Origin: a virus
Length of the DNA: 64,000 nucleotides
Reading direction: 5' to 3' (one strand)
Virus record (IMG/VR): IMGVR_UViG_3300035006_000011
Location: 2,208 to 66,207 of that record
The notes under the pieces: model-generated
What the model was told of the DNA's origin: nothing
What the model saw: the letters and a program-made list of their open reading frames with translations, nothing else
The model's database searches: none
Shown here: positions 30,058 to 39,765 of the stretch, piece after piece
Layout of the letters: the number at the start of each line of letters is the position of its first letter
Position numbering within the stretch: the stretch's first letter is position 1
Program-made: the position numbers and the translations under genes

Positions 30058-30545
30058 TGTCACGAGAAAAACCAGAAAAGCCGTTTTTATTCTTTGCTAT
30101 GCAGTTAGATGATACACCGCAATTAAATAAAGGGCGGCTATTCTTATGTGACTACGACAAAGGAATTTTAGGGCGTTGGGTTGCAACATCAGGATTGGGT
30201 GCATTTCAGCGAATTCAAGGTTGGAGTAAGCAAGGCGGTGGCGTATGCCCTCCTACCTATGAATGCAACCCAACGTTTGCCAATTACTGGGTTGAAACTA
30301 AACCTATTGACTTACGGAATAACCCAGGGGTAGCGGGTAACGGCTACCCAATAACTCCATACGAGGTAAGAACCAAACAAGGGGTAACGCGCTCTGACCT
30401 TTTGATTCATAAGGATGCAAATGTTCCAGGCTCTATGGGCTGTATAGTATTGCCTTCGGACGAATTTACTGATTTCGAGCAATCTTGGACGGATCTTGTT
30501 GGGCATCTTGAAAAAGTCAAGCTTTGGGTTGGGTACACTTACTAA
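30057..30545 (+). CDS. YkuD/L,D-transpeptidase-fold (Tlde1-like) protein
   Basis: RSDLLIH...PGSMGCIV catalytic HxxxxxxxSxGC motif. Confidence 0.7.
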   Translation: MSREKPEKPFLFFAMQLDDTPQLNKGRLFLCDYDKGILGRWVATSGLGAFQRIQGWSKQGGGVCPPTYECNPTFANYWVETKPIDLRNNPGVAGNGYPITPYEVRTKQGVTRSDLLIHKDANVPGSMGCIVLPSDEFTDFEQSWTDLVGHLEKVKLWVGYTY

Positions 30546-30967
30546 TGGAGCTATCTGTCACTTTTGACTTTTCTGCCATAACCGCGATCGCATTGCGTGC
30601 CCGCAATCTCGATATGACCCCACCGTTGCGGGATGCATCAATTTATCAGGAAGCATCCACTAAAGTTAATTTCGCTAAAGAAAGTAGCCCGGACGGTCAA
30701 AAATGGCAAGATTTGAAACCAGCAACTTGGCTACGGAAGAAAAGCGGTTCAATCCTTCGGGAAAAGTCAATACTTGTCAATTCAATTACTCACTACCCTG
30801 TGGGGACTAACACTTGGGTCGTTGGGACAAATGTTGAATACGGACTTTATCATCAAAAAGGAGTACCTAGCCGGAACTTACCTGCTAGAACATTTTTAGG
30901 GTTTAGCCAAAACGATATCAATCAAATTAATCAGATATTTCAACGGTATGTAGAAAATATATTGTGA
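30545..30967 (+). CDS. Virion morphogenesis / tail completion protein (Mu gpG, P2 gpS-like)
   Basis: SPDGQKWQDLK, VGTNVEYGLYHQKG, LPARTFLG. Confidence 0.88.
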   Translation: MELSVTFDFSAITAIALRARNLDMTPPLRDASIYQEASTKVNFAKESSPDGQKWQDLKPATWLRKKSGSILREKSILVNSITHYPVGTNTWVVGTNVEYGLYHQKGVPSRNLPARTFLGFSQNDINQINQIFQRYVENIL

Positions 30968-30996
30968 TGCCGCATTCCGCGCATTTACAACACCTA

Positions 30997-31040
30997 AACA
31001 TCAAAGGACGGATAACTTGGGCTATCCGTCCTTTGATGTT
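30997..31040. terminator. GACGGATA-N8-TATCCGTC palindrome with 18-bp perfect arms (copy 6)
   Basis: AACATCAAAGGACGGATA / TATCCGTCCTTTGATGTT; convergent genes. Confidence 0.85.
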
Positions 31041-31203
31041 AGTTGATTTCTTTTTCTAAAACCTCTAAGCCTTTTTCTATTGCCAGTAAGCAGGTTTGGG
31101 TTAGGTTTCGTCGGGTTCTAGTGGCGATCGCATCCAATCTTTCTCGAAACTCGCTAATATTTAACGATATTCGTTTCCTTTGATCTGGGTCGTAATTAGT
31201 CAT
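31039..31203 (-). CDS. Small RHH protein (54 aa, not in track)
   Basis: MTNYDPDQRKRISLNISEFRERLDAIATRTRRNLTQTCLLAIEKGL; overlaps upstream gene end. Confidence 0.65.
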   Translation of the reverse strand: MTNYDPDQRKRISLNISEFRERLDAIATRTRRNLTQTCLLAIEKGLEVLEKEIN

Positions 31204-32044
31204 GGCTGCCACCTTCCAAAGCTTGATTGACTATTTCGTAGAAAAATTGACTGCGGGACATTCCAGCTTTATCCGCCAATTCTGCCCAGCGATCGTATTT
31301 TTCCCAACTGCGAACCGCGAACGTGAAGCTTCGATCTTGTGCTGCACTGCGCTTTTCTTTGACGGGGGGAACGATGTTGACAATCTGAGTTGGTTGAGAT
31401 GAAATCGCTTCCTTGATACTCTTCAGATGCTCAGTAATATCATCGGCGACCATCGACAAATGCTGGTTAGTTTGTTGGTGGTTACTTGATGCTTGAACTG
31501 TTAGCGCTTGCTGAACTTGACTAACTCGGTCAACCAATATATTTACGCTGTCGTTTAACCCTTGGGCGATCGCAGCCAAACAATTAAGCTGAATTTGATG
31601 TTGCTTGTCCTGTACCGTCAGTTGGGGCTGATTTGCCGATGCCGCATTTACAATTAAATCGCGCAATGCTTTTGCTACTAACGAATCACGCAGCATTAGT
31701 CCAACACGAAGGAACCCGCGAGCATTCCAAGCGAGCGCTTTTGGAGTTCTTGGACTTAGCTCCAACTTGGAGCGAACATCCTGCAACTCTTTACCCGTCA
31801 GTAATCGAACCTCTTCTGCGAATTCATCGCCGTTACGCTCAATGATATGTTTTATAGCTTTGTCGCTGACCTCGTAATACTCAGCTACCTGTGCAGTGGT
31901 AGCAATCCCTATTCCTTCCCACACTGCCAAAACAACAGCTTTTGCTTTGTTCAATACCGTAATTGCGTGTTCGTTGGTCGCAGAGTTCAATGCTTGCACT
32001 CTCGTTTCTCTTGAATCAATCAATAAATCGTGCGAAAATTGCAT
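31196..32044 (-). CDS. Antirepressor-like protein with C-terminal RHH-like module
   Basis: ATTAQVAEYYEV N-terminal domain; AGMSRSQFFYEIV C-terminus; AGGAG RBS before MQFSHD; TTGACA-17-TATATT promoter upstream. Confidence 0.72.
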   Translation of the reverse strand: MQFSHDLLIDSRETRVQALNSATNEHAITVLNKAKAVVLAVWEGIGIATTAQVAEYYEVSDKAIKHIIERNGDEFAEEVRLLTGKELQDVRSKLELSPRTPKALAWNARGFLRVGLMLRDSLVAKALRDLIVNAASANQPQLTVQDKQHQIQLNCLAAIAQGLNDSVNILVDRVSQVQQALTVQASSNHQQTNQHLSMVADDITEHLKSIKEAISSQPTQIVNIVPPVKEKRSAAQDRSFTFAVRSWEKYDRWAELADKAGMSRSQFFYEIVNQALEGGSHD

Positions 32045-32210
32045 TGTGCTAAATCTCCTAAACAGATTTTGTACTGCGCTTGGGTGGTGACGCACCGCGA
32101 AGCGCTTTGTTATTTCCTACTCCTTTAATATATAGAACCCATCGGGTGCTGTCAATGCTTTTTTGGGAATTTTTTTCTTTATTTGCACAACAACTTTTTT
32201 CTCGACACAA

Positions 32211-32759
32211 ATGACATTAGAATTATCAGTTTTGGAATTAGCGATCGCCCAGCAACTTGACCCTCTCCGCCAAGCGTTGAAAGACTATGGGATACCGCTG
32301 GCAGCATTGCCGAAGTTGGCGGGGGCGTATTCGGAAGATGAAGAGGGGGCGATCGCGATACTTATCCCTTCTGCGACTGGGATAACGAACGATCCATTGG
32401 CAATAACGGCGCAGGATGCGGAAATTAACGTGTCGGTCAATATTTCGCTGGGCAAGCGCTATCAGGATGTCGCTGGTGAGAAAGATGTTTTGGAATGGTG
32501 CTGCGACCAAGTAATCGGGTTATTGCTTGGGTTTTCCCCTTACCCCTCAGAGGTGATGAAACGTCCTTTATATTTCAAGGGGTATGAGTTGTTTAAACCA
32601 AACAACGATAGGTGGGAAGGTCAAGTTAACTTTGCCTGCGTTAAACAAATACGTTCAATACCGTTCACTGAGGAGTACGAAGTCATCAAGGTGCAATTAC
32701 TGGCTTCACTTAACTTAATGACGGGAACTGTGGTATCTGAGATGGTGCAAAGGGTATAG
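32211..32759 (+). CDS. Tail terminator / Gp37-like protein
   Basis: DQVIGLLLGFSP motif; upstream of sheath. Confidence 0.6.
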   Translation: MTLELSVLELAIAQQLDPLRQALKDYGIPLAALPKLAGAYSEDEEGAIAILIPSATGITNDPLAITAQDAEINVSVNISLGKRYQDVAGEKDVLEWCCDQVIGLLLGFSPYPSEVMKRPLYFKGYELFKPNNDRWEGQVNFACVKQIRSIPFTEEYEVIKVQLLASLNLMTGTVVSEMVQRV

Positions 32760-32811
32760 AATTGTGTCAGTTATTGATAATTGATAATTAACAAATCGAC
32801 AGACACAGAAA

Positions 32812-33147
32812 ATGCTGACAAGCGTGAATCAGAAGGACATTGATAATTGGTTCATTTATCACCAACCCAAAGGCGACCAGGTTGATAGATACCAGGTAAT
32901 TCGGGATGTTGGCAAAAAAGTAGCGATTGCCATATTTGACTCAGGATTGGATCTAGCTGAAGCGGTCATAGAATTAGGGGAAACAATCATTCGATTGTGT
33001 CCGGATGGTGTCGAGAAAGTCTATGCAATGGGGCATTGCAGAACAATAAATAGAATATTCAGGGAACGTGGGGCGTACCACGCAATATGCTGTTTAAGAT
33101 TCCAAGTGATAATGCCTGCAAACGCCGCGATCGCGTGTAACGAATAG
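32812..33147 (+). CDS. Acb2/Tad1-hairpin-like (DUF7681-type) small protein
   Basis: FIYHQPKGDQVDRYQVIR ... LCPDGVEK ... MPANAAIACNE pattern. Confidence 0.55.
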   Translation: MLTSVNQKDIDNWFIYHQPKGDQVDRYQVIRDVGKKVAIAIFDSGLDLAEAVIELGETIIRLCPDGVEKVYAMGHCRTINRIFRERGAYHAICCLRFQVIMPANAAIACNE

Positions 33148-33158
33148 GAGGTTAAATT

Positions 33159-34367
33159 TTGGCAGTAATTGGAATAAGTATTAATGAAATATCCCAGGCG
33201 ACGACTGCGACGGCGACCGATCGCATAAGTAAATGTACGCTGCTAATAATTCCGTCTGGTGCAGTAGCTGCATTGCTAAATCAATTTGTAGGGGTAAGCA
33301 GCGCAACCGACTTTACTAGTAAGTTCCCAACTGCCTCAGAAGTAGTTTTACAGTCAGTAAAAATATTCTTCTTGAATAGTCCAGACGGGCAGTTATCCGT
33401 CTATGCTTGCAGCGACTCAACCATGACAGGAAACACACAGACTGACTGGAAGGCGCACCTTCTCAAAGGCATTGGCTTGCTGACGTTGAGAACTGATATT
33501 GATTTATCGTTGTGTGTTTGCCCAGAGATTGGAGCATTTACCGCCCAAGCCGATCGCACTGCGGTATACAGCGCTATTCAATCGATGTGCGAGAAGTTTG
33601 ATTGGCTTTTCTTTATTAATGCGGCTATAGACACTGATACAAAGGCAAAGGCTATCACCGAACGTGCGCTTTACTCGTCCCCACTTGGTCACAGTTCGTT
33701 CTTTTACGGACGGATCAAAGACAATGATGACAAAATAGTACCCGTCTCAGTTGTTGCGGCTGCGATCGCCCTGAAACGCGATCGGGTTGAGCCATACTCC
33801 CCACCGGCCGGAGCCAAGTACCCAGTTCAGGGTATCAAGGATTTGGTTAATTACGTTGATAACGTGACTGACTACACCGACTTAAAAAACCAGCAAATCA
33901 ACGTTTTACAAAAAATACCGAGGTACGGGACGTGCTTATGGGGAGCGCAAACTTTATCGACAGACACAAAGTTTAGTTTGATAAATACTCGGATGGCGGT
34001 TAGTGTTGCATCCTTTCGGCTGGAAAGTGCGCTTATTCCCATATTATTTGCAGCGAGCGATCCGCAAGGTCGAACAAATAGAGAAGTCGATCGAATCATT
34101 ATCTCTTTGATGACTAACCTTTGGCTTGAGGGTGCGTTGTCTGGGGCAACTCCGGAGGATGCATTTAAGATTGAAGATGTCTTAGTTCCCGCAGATCCAA
34201 CTCAACAGCAACAAGCACAGCAACAGCAGGGGCAACAACCTACAACGACTACAACCACCGCTATCACGCGCAGTCTTAAAAAAATAGAAAAGAGGATTTA
34301 CGCTCGTTTTGTTGAGCATATTCAGCAGATTTTACTCAGTGTGTTCGTGACAGATTCACTACCATAA
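33159..34367 (+). CDS. Tail sheath protein
   Basis: PYSPPAG, LKNQQINV, LWGAQTLS, INTRMA sheath C-terminal motifs. Confidence 0.92.
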   Translation: MAVIGISINEISQATTATATDRISKCTLLIIPSGAVAALLNQFVGVSSATDFTSKFPTASEVVLQSVKIFFLNSPDGQLSVYACSDSTMTGNTQTDWKAHLLKGIGLLTLRTDIDLSLCVCPEIGAFTAQADRTAVYSAIQSMCEKFDWLFFINAAIDTDTKAKAITERALYSSPLGHSSFFYGRIKDNDDKIVPVSVVAAAIALKRDRVEPYSPPAGAKYPVQGIKDLVNYVDNVTDYTDLKNQQINVLQKIPRYGTCLWGAQTLSTDTKFSLINTRMAVSVASFRLESALIPILFAASDPQGRTNREVDRIIISLMTNLWLEGALSGATPEDAFKIEDVLVPADPTQQQQAQQQQGQQPTTTTTTAITRSLKKIEKRIYARFVEHIQQILLSVFVTDSLP

Positions 34368-34393
34368 TCCTTCGTTTTTTTACTTAATAACGT

Positions 34394-34801
34394 ATGGCAG
34401 TCAACGCAATTCCCTTAAGTGATGGGAAGTTTGAGCTAGAGGGGCTATCCGAAGTAGTCTTCGATAAATGCAGCGCGATCGTGGAAAAACCTGTTTTTGG
34501 CGACGCTTATTTCAACCCAAACACTGGCAGAAACTCTAAGCTAGTTGGGCAGATCGAATACGAAGACATAACTATTATGGCAATACTTGACAAAGCCCAG
34601 AAAACAAAGCTAAATGCTTTTAAGAAACAGTGGCAAGCCAAGCCAAGTGGCATCACTGCAACTCACATATTAGGAGGAATTACCACTCACTTAACAGGAG
34701 TGCGGTATGGTGGTTCAACCTTTGGAGAGTTTGACAAGCTATCAAATTCGGCTAGTAAAATTGCAATCACACTAACGTTTGAAGGAATACGTGAAATCTA
34801 A
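34394..34801 (+). CDS. Tail tube protein
   Basis: 135 aa directly after sheath; YEDITI and ITLTFE beta pattern. Confidence 0.75.
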   Translation: MAVNAIPLSDGKFELEGLSEVVFDKCSAIVEKPVFGDAYFNPNTGRNSKLVGQIEYEDITIMAILDKAQKTKLNAFKKQWQAKPSGITATHILGGITTHLTGVRYGGSTFGEFDKLSNSASKIAITLTFEGIREI

Positions 34802-35172
34802 TGCTTAATGTCCCAAAACCAAAAATCACTTATTCGCTCTTATCTGGAGATGAAATATGTTTAGAAAACGTTAAGGATTTTAGCGGCGATCGCACTACCG
34901 TCGTTTTACGTCAAGCCACACCAGCAGACCTAGACACTTTTGAATTATTGCAAAAGGATTTAACTGCTGGGAAGATAACAGCGAGGGATATGGACGATCG
35001 CAGTCTTGCTAAGTTGATAATTAAATGGGGCGATCGCTCAGATACACCTACATCTTTGGAACTGCGATCGCTTCCACTTGAAACACGGGGGGTATTATTG
35101 GAAATATTCAAAAGCTTTTGTATGCCCTCCTTTGAGCTATTGGAAGCATCTGACGAAGGAGGAAAGGCTTAG
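34801..35172 (+). CDS. Tail assembly chaperone
   Basis: LRQATPADL motif; position after tube. Confidence 0.65.
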   Translation: MLNVPKPKITYSLLSGDEICLENVKDFSGDRTTVVLRQATPADLDTFELLQKDLTAGKITARDMDDRSLAKLIIKWGDRSDTPTSLELRSLPLETRGVLLEIFKSFCMPSFELLEASDEGGKA

Positions 35173-35320
35173 AATAATATTTATTTTAAGTAATAAAACC
35201 TTTGCTGACTATAAAAAATTCAGAACTATTCCGATAACAGTAATCAATAAAATGATTACTGTTTATAACCAAGCGGTAGAAGATGAAAACCAAGAAATAG
35301 AAAGGGCTAGGCATAAATAA
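35078..35320 (+). CDS. Tail assembly chaperone second ORF (possible frameshift extension)
   Basis: Overlaps chaperone in +1 frame; YNQAVEDENQEIER typical of G-T extensions; start unclear. Confidence 0.5.
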   Translation: MKHGGYYWKYSKAFVCPPLSYWKHLTKEERLRIIFILSNKTFADYKKFRTIPITVINKMITVYNQAVEDENQEIERARHK

Positions 35321-35456
35321 AAAAGGACGGATAGGTATCGCCATGACCAACGCAACAGAGCTTGACTGCCCGGTAATTGAGACATCGGGGACAATCTGCA
35401 TATCTAGCGATACCGTTTCCAAAAAGCAAAAAAGATTCAAATTCAAAAGAGCTTAA

Positions 35457-35636
35457 ATGTACAAGGAATACAGAGGTGTTTGGATCGATATTTACCCAGG
35501 GCATTGCGACGACGAATCAAAAACTTATTATTGGGCTGCTTTTGGAGCTAATTGTTTAGGCGATCGGTTTGTTTCTCCTGAAGCGGCATTGTTTTCAGAG
35601 ATGCAGGATATAGAGATGAATCGCTTGTGTCAGTGA
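35457..35636 (+). CDS. Small hypothetical protein (59 aa, not in track)
   Basis: MYKEYRGVWIDIYPGHCDD...NRLCQ. Confidence 0.45.
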   Translation: MYKEYRGVWIDIYPGHCDDESKTYYWAAFGANCLGDRFVSPEAALFSEMQDIEMNRLCQ

Positions 35637-35742
35637 AAATAGTCAGTGTATTTTTAATTGCACGTGTGGTGTAGAATAAATTAAAGTCGTTACCTGTTGG
35701 TTTAAAAGGTAACGACTGGTTCATATATACACTAAGTCAATC

Positions 35743-36714
35743 ATGATGGTAAATACTAAATCTGGCAACTTACTGGATAGCCTTTTTGAAGAGAAAGTGC
35801 CGACTGGGCTAGCTATTGAGGTCATCAAAATAACCCCAGAAATGGCGGAAGAACTACTTAGTACTCAGCAGCCAAACAGAATACTAAATGAGAGAAGAAT
35901 TGCGGCATACGCCGCAATGATGAAAGATGGAGACTGGAAAATTGCCGATCCCATTAAGATTGATATAAACGGAAGGTTGTATGATGGGCAACATAGACTG
36001 CACGGAGTAGTCAAAGCGAATGTTGTCGTAGAGTTTACAGTAATAAGAGGAATGCCTGAACACGCTAAAAAATACTGTGATTTAGGGCAAACACGAACAG
36101 CCGCGCAAATAGCTCAAATAGCTGGATTGAACATTACGAAACAACATTTATCAATCCCTAGACAGTGGCTAGCCTATCATTCCTTCAATCCAATATCAAA
36201 CCATAAAGCGCTTTTTCGACTGTATTTAAAATACGAGAAAGGAATTGAATTTGCAGTACGAAATTACAAGAGGTCAAGTGGTAGCAATTCCAGCCCCGAT
36301 GTTACTGGGGTTCGGTGCGCGATCGCCAAAGCTTATTACTACGAAAATCATGCCAGACTTTTGGAATTTATGGAAGTTTTTGCAACTCGTTTTCCAAATC
36401 CTACAAGTGGTGATTCTGACTATGCGGCACTGGCGCTAAGGAATTTCGTAGAAAGCATTACCAAAGGAAGCGGGACAGTTGCCAAGAAAACTCCTAAAGA
36501 AGAAATTTACTGGCGTGGTTGTCGGTGTATTGACCTTTTTTGTAAGTCAATAGGGGTTAAGAAGTTGTATAATAATGGGAAGTTTGACTTTTACCCATTG
36601 CCTGACTTTTTGAAAGGTAGAGAAGAAGACATTAGTAGAAGCAAAAAGAGGATTAATCGAAACATGATGATTGAGGTACAAGACCCAGATATGTCTTTCT
36701 TTGATGCCAATTAG
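35743..36714 (+). CDS. ParB-like N-terminal domain protein
   Basis: ITPEMAEELL...NGRLYDGQHRL. Confidence 0.8.
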   Translation: MMVNTKSGNLLDSLFEEKVPTGLAIEVIKITPEMAEELLSTQQPNRILNERRIAAYAAMMKDGDWKIADPIKIDINGRLYDGQHRLHGVVKANVVVEFTVIRGMPEHAKKYCDLGQTRTAAQIAQIAGLNITKQHLSIPRQWLAYHSFNPISNHKALFRLYLKYEKGIEFAVRNYKRSSGSNSSPDVTGVRCAIAKAYYYENHARLLEFMEVFATRFPNPTSGDSDYAALALRNFVESITKGSGTVAKKTPKEEIYWRGCRCIDLFCKSIGVKKLYNNGKFDFYPLPDFLKGREEDISRSKKRINRNMMIEVQDPDMSFFDAN

Positions 36715-36725
36715 CCAGTCCATTG

Positions 36726-36777
36726 TGAAATAACAAAAAGACGGATAGAAAGCTCTATCCGTCTTTTTGTTATTTCA
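36726..36777. terminator. GACGGATA-N8-TATCCGTC palindrome with 24-bp perfect arms (copy 7)
   Basis: TGAAATAACAAAAAGACGGATAGA-AAGC-TCTATCCGTCTTTTTGTTATTTCA; convergent genes. Confidence 0.9.
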
Positions 36778-39547
36778 GACTAAACTCTATCTTTTTGCGA
36801 TACGCCCATTCTTTTGGGTATTGCAACTTCTCAGCTACATACAGCCAATCAGCAACACTCGGCTCAAAAGTAAGGGTTTCCGTCAATCGGTAAAAAGTCC
36901 ATCCTGTTTTGTAACCTTTTTCAGCTTGGATCGCCAACAACTTATCTACTTCTTCGTTAAATCCAATAGTAGGAAAACCAAGTGATGGCGGTGGCGCAAT
37001 GGTGGCTAATTTTTCTTTGAAATTATTAGTAGCTACATCAAAACTCATTTTGCACTCTCGTGCAAGATAACGAATATCTCCGTGAGTGAATCTTTTCGCA
37101 TCCTCCCCGTAGGTTTCGATGATGTACATCGCAATCCACTTTGACTTATACCCTTTCTGTTTAGCGATCGCAGCAACATTATCAATAATGTCCTTATGTT
37201 TAGGCGTTAGGGTTAAGTCTAGTTCCTCGATTTCGCCACGTTCTTGAGCGATGGCAATTCCTTCACCTGGTTCCACTCCTTCCCCTCCTTCCCCTTGCTC
37301 CCATTCAAAAGAGTGAAGACAAGCCGGACAAGTGGCTCTAAGAATATTTTTAACTTGACCCAAAGCATCAACTGTTTGACGATAAGGTTTTTGCTCGTGC
37401 GATCTTGGCACAAAGACGTGGTGACATTCAAGACAGCTTTGGGTAAATCGTGCGGGTTTCAAAGACACTGGCTCCAAAGTCCACTCTCTATCTTCATCAG
37501 GCAACCCATGCTTTAACCAATTATCAGAATGATCGATGATGACACAATGCTCTTTACCTGGCGATGGACGCAATCCACGTCCACAATTGCCTACAATGGC
37601 AACCTTGCCATTGCGTCTAGTTACCAAGGTTCCGTATCTGTTTTGTAAACACCATACCCACTCATCGGAGGAAAACTCGCAATTTTTCAGTATCGGGCGA
37701 TCGCCACACGCAACGCCACCGATATAACGGGTTTGCGTATCCTTTATATGCAATAAATACAGGAGTTTATCCCCATTCTGATCGCTTTCTGCAATATTGC
37801 ACTTAAACCCACGAGTCACGCAAAGCCTCTGTAGGTTATTGGCAAATAACTTGTTGCCAGTGCTGATGTGATAGCTACGTCTCGTCCAGCTTTGTCCCTC
37901 CATTTTAGTTCCGTCGCCATAATGCAATTCTTCTAGCAATACAGCTAGTTGATCTCTAGATATCGCATCATATGCTCGACATAGATTTTTGTTCAAGTAT
38001 TTTGCAAGGCTTCCCCACCCTCGCAAATGAGTATCAGTTGCTCTGGGTTTTCCTTTTGAAACGTAAAATTGATAGCGCTCATATTCTCCAAAATTTGTTG
38101 CACACTGCCTAATATCAACCCCAAATTTAAAGCCACATCCTTGTAAACAGTCAAAAATGCGCTGCAACCAAGGCTGATGACCGGATTGATAGATATTTAC
38201 TTGTCCACTTTTTAGATTTATACTTCCGTCAGTCAAAAACCATCCAAGGAAACGGATTTCATCGTCAGCCAAAGGCAACCCAGATGTCTTCAAGAATCCA
38301 GAGATAGGAATTTCGTACCCGTCATATCGAGATGCTAAATCTTTCGCTGGCGACAATTGCCAGCTTTTCTCACTTCCCCTTGATCGCCACACCATGTTAT
38401 GACCATCAGTGACTCGGATATCCAGGGATGGGCTAGACACAGAAACCATTTTTTCCCCTGGTGTAAGTGGACGGTGGATATATTCTTGTGCGTAAGTCCA
38501 CTTGATTTCATCAGTATTGCGATCATAAGCTGCTATTTTGTGCCATTGCTTAATTTCGCTATATTTCCTAAACCCATGATGGGTCAATACCTCGGTTTCC
38601 AGATCCAAGCACATTTGCAAATGAAGAATTAAGCTCATTGTTGGACGTGCAACCTGGATTGACTCAATTTGAGGAATGTCTGTTCCTTCTGTTGCTACAT
38701 TAACGTTTGACAGCACCATTGTTTCTTTGCTGCGAAACCGATTAAAAATGCGATCGCGTTCTAAATCGTCAGTCTCTCCATCAACGTGTTCAGCGGATAT
38801 GCCTGCTGCCTTGAATGCCTGGACTATTTCCTTGGAATGCTCAATTGAAACTGCAAACACAAGGTTAGATTTCCCCTCGGCATATTTTTGATAAGTAGTC
38901 ACCAAATCTCCAGTAATTTTTCTAGCAGCATCTTCTAACTGACCTTGGTTATAGTCTCCACCAACTTTTCTTATTCCTTTAGTGTCGATCTTGCTGCTAC
39001 TACGAAAAACTCGAAACTTAGAAAGGTATCCATCTTCTATTAACTGGCCTGGTGATACGCCTACCACCAAGCTGTCAAACAGGTATTTAAATCCTTGCCC
39101 GTCAGATCGACACGGGGTGGCTGTTACGCCCAGAATCTTTGAGTCCGCATATGCAGCCATGATATCCATATAAGTTTTACTTATAGAATGGTGCGCTTCA
39201 TCGACTATTATCAGTCCTGCAGCCGGAAAACGTTTACGTCTGATTAACGACTGCACTGAAGCGACTTGAATGGGAAATATTTCTGAGACTGGGTAGCCTG
39301 CTTTAATAACACCACACGGCAATCCAGTTATTGCTTCTAATTTGTCTTTGGCTTGAATAATTAATTCTTTTCTGTGGGCTAGAATCAACACTGATTCACC
39401 GACATCAAGGAACTGGCGGGCTAGTTCACTAAAGCAAACCGTTTTACCAGCCCCTGTTGGTAGCTGTGCTAACACTCGGCGATCGCCAGCTTTCCATCTT
39501 GCATTAATATTGTCAATCAATTGCTTTTGGTATGGTCTAAGTTCCAT
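36770..39547 (-). CDS. SF2 (DEAD/DEAH-like) helicase containing an intein
   Basis: LPTGAGKT, VDEAHH, TATP, motif VI QM|CGRGLR split by intein; C-terminal Cys ribbon and GYKTGW repeats. Confidence 0.93.
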   Translation of the reverse strand: MELRPYQKQLIDNINARWKAGDRRVLAQLPTGAGKTVCFSELARQFLDVGESVLILAHRKELIIQAKDKLEAITGLPCGVIKAGYPVSEIFPIQVASVQSLIRRKRFPAAGLIIVDEAHHSISKTYMDIMAAYADSKILGVTATPCRSDGQGFKYLFDSLVVGVSPGQLIEDGYLSKFRVFRSSSKIDTKGIRKVGGDYNQGQLEDAARKITGDLVTTYQKYAEGKSNLVFAVSIEHSKEIVQAFKAAGISAEHVDGETDDLERDRIFNRFRSKETMVLSNVNVATEGTDIPQIESIQVARPTMSLILHLQMCLDLETEVLTHHGFRKYSEIKQWHKIAAYDRNTDEIKWTYAQEYIHRPLTPGEKMVSVSSPSLDIRVTDGHNMVWRSRGSEKSWQLSPAKDLASRYDGYEIPISGFLKTSGLPLADDEIRFLGWFLTDGSINLKSGQVNIYQSGHQPWLQRIFDCLQGCGFKFGVDIRQCATNFGEYERYQFYVSKGKPRATDTHLRGWGSLAKYLNKNLCRAYDAISRDQLAVLLEELHYGDGTKMEGQSWTRRSYHISTGNKLFANNLQRLCVTRGFKCNIAESDQNGDKLLYLLHIKDTQTRYIGGVACGDRPILKNCEFSSDEWVWCLQNRYGTLVTRRNGKVAIVGNCGRGLRPSPGKEHCVIIDHSDNWLKHGLPDEDREWTLEPVSLKPARFTQSCLECHHVFVPRSHEQKPYRQTVDALGQVKNILRATCPACLHSFEWEQGEGGEGVEPGEGIAIAQERGEIEELDLTLTPKHKDIIDNVAAIAKQKGYKSKWIAMYIIETYGEDAKRFTHGDIRYLARECKMSFDVATNNFKEKLATIAPPPSLGFPTIGFNEEVDKLLAIQAEKGYKTGWTFYRLTETLTFEPSVADWLYVAEKLQYPKEWAYRKKIEFSLK
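37586..38611 (-). mobile_element. 342-aa intein with LAGLIDADG homing endonuclease
   Basis: Starts CLDLETEVLT, ends KVAIVGN, +1 residue Cys; FLGWFLTDGS and LLEELHYGDGT motifs. Confidence 0.92.
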
Positions 39548-39609
39548 TGTTTTCTCCTTATTTGATGCTAGAAAGAAAGATTAACTTCTCATTCTTTCTA
39601 GCTATTTGA

Positions 39610-39765
39610 TTACTTGATAATTACGTCTTCAAATCTGTCGTTCAACCATAAGCCCGGTCTGTTTTTGCATACTGCTTTATCTGGATGTTTTGACCATTGC
39701 TCAAGAGTCATTACCCTAACGTGCCCACGTTTACACCATCCAAATGCAGAACTTTTATTCCTCAT
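39610..39765 (-). CDS. Small hypothetical protein (51 aa, not in track)
   Basis: MRNKSSAFGWCKRGHVRVMTLEQWSKHP...; overlaps RHH gene end. Confidence 0.35.
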   Translation of the reverse strand: MRNKSSAFGWCKRGHVRVMTLEQWSKHPDKAVCKNRPGLWLNDRFEDVIIK

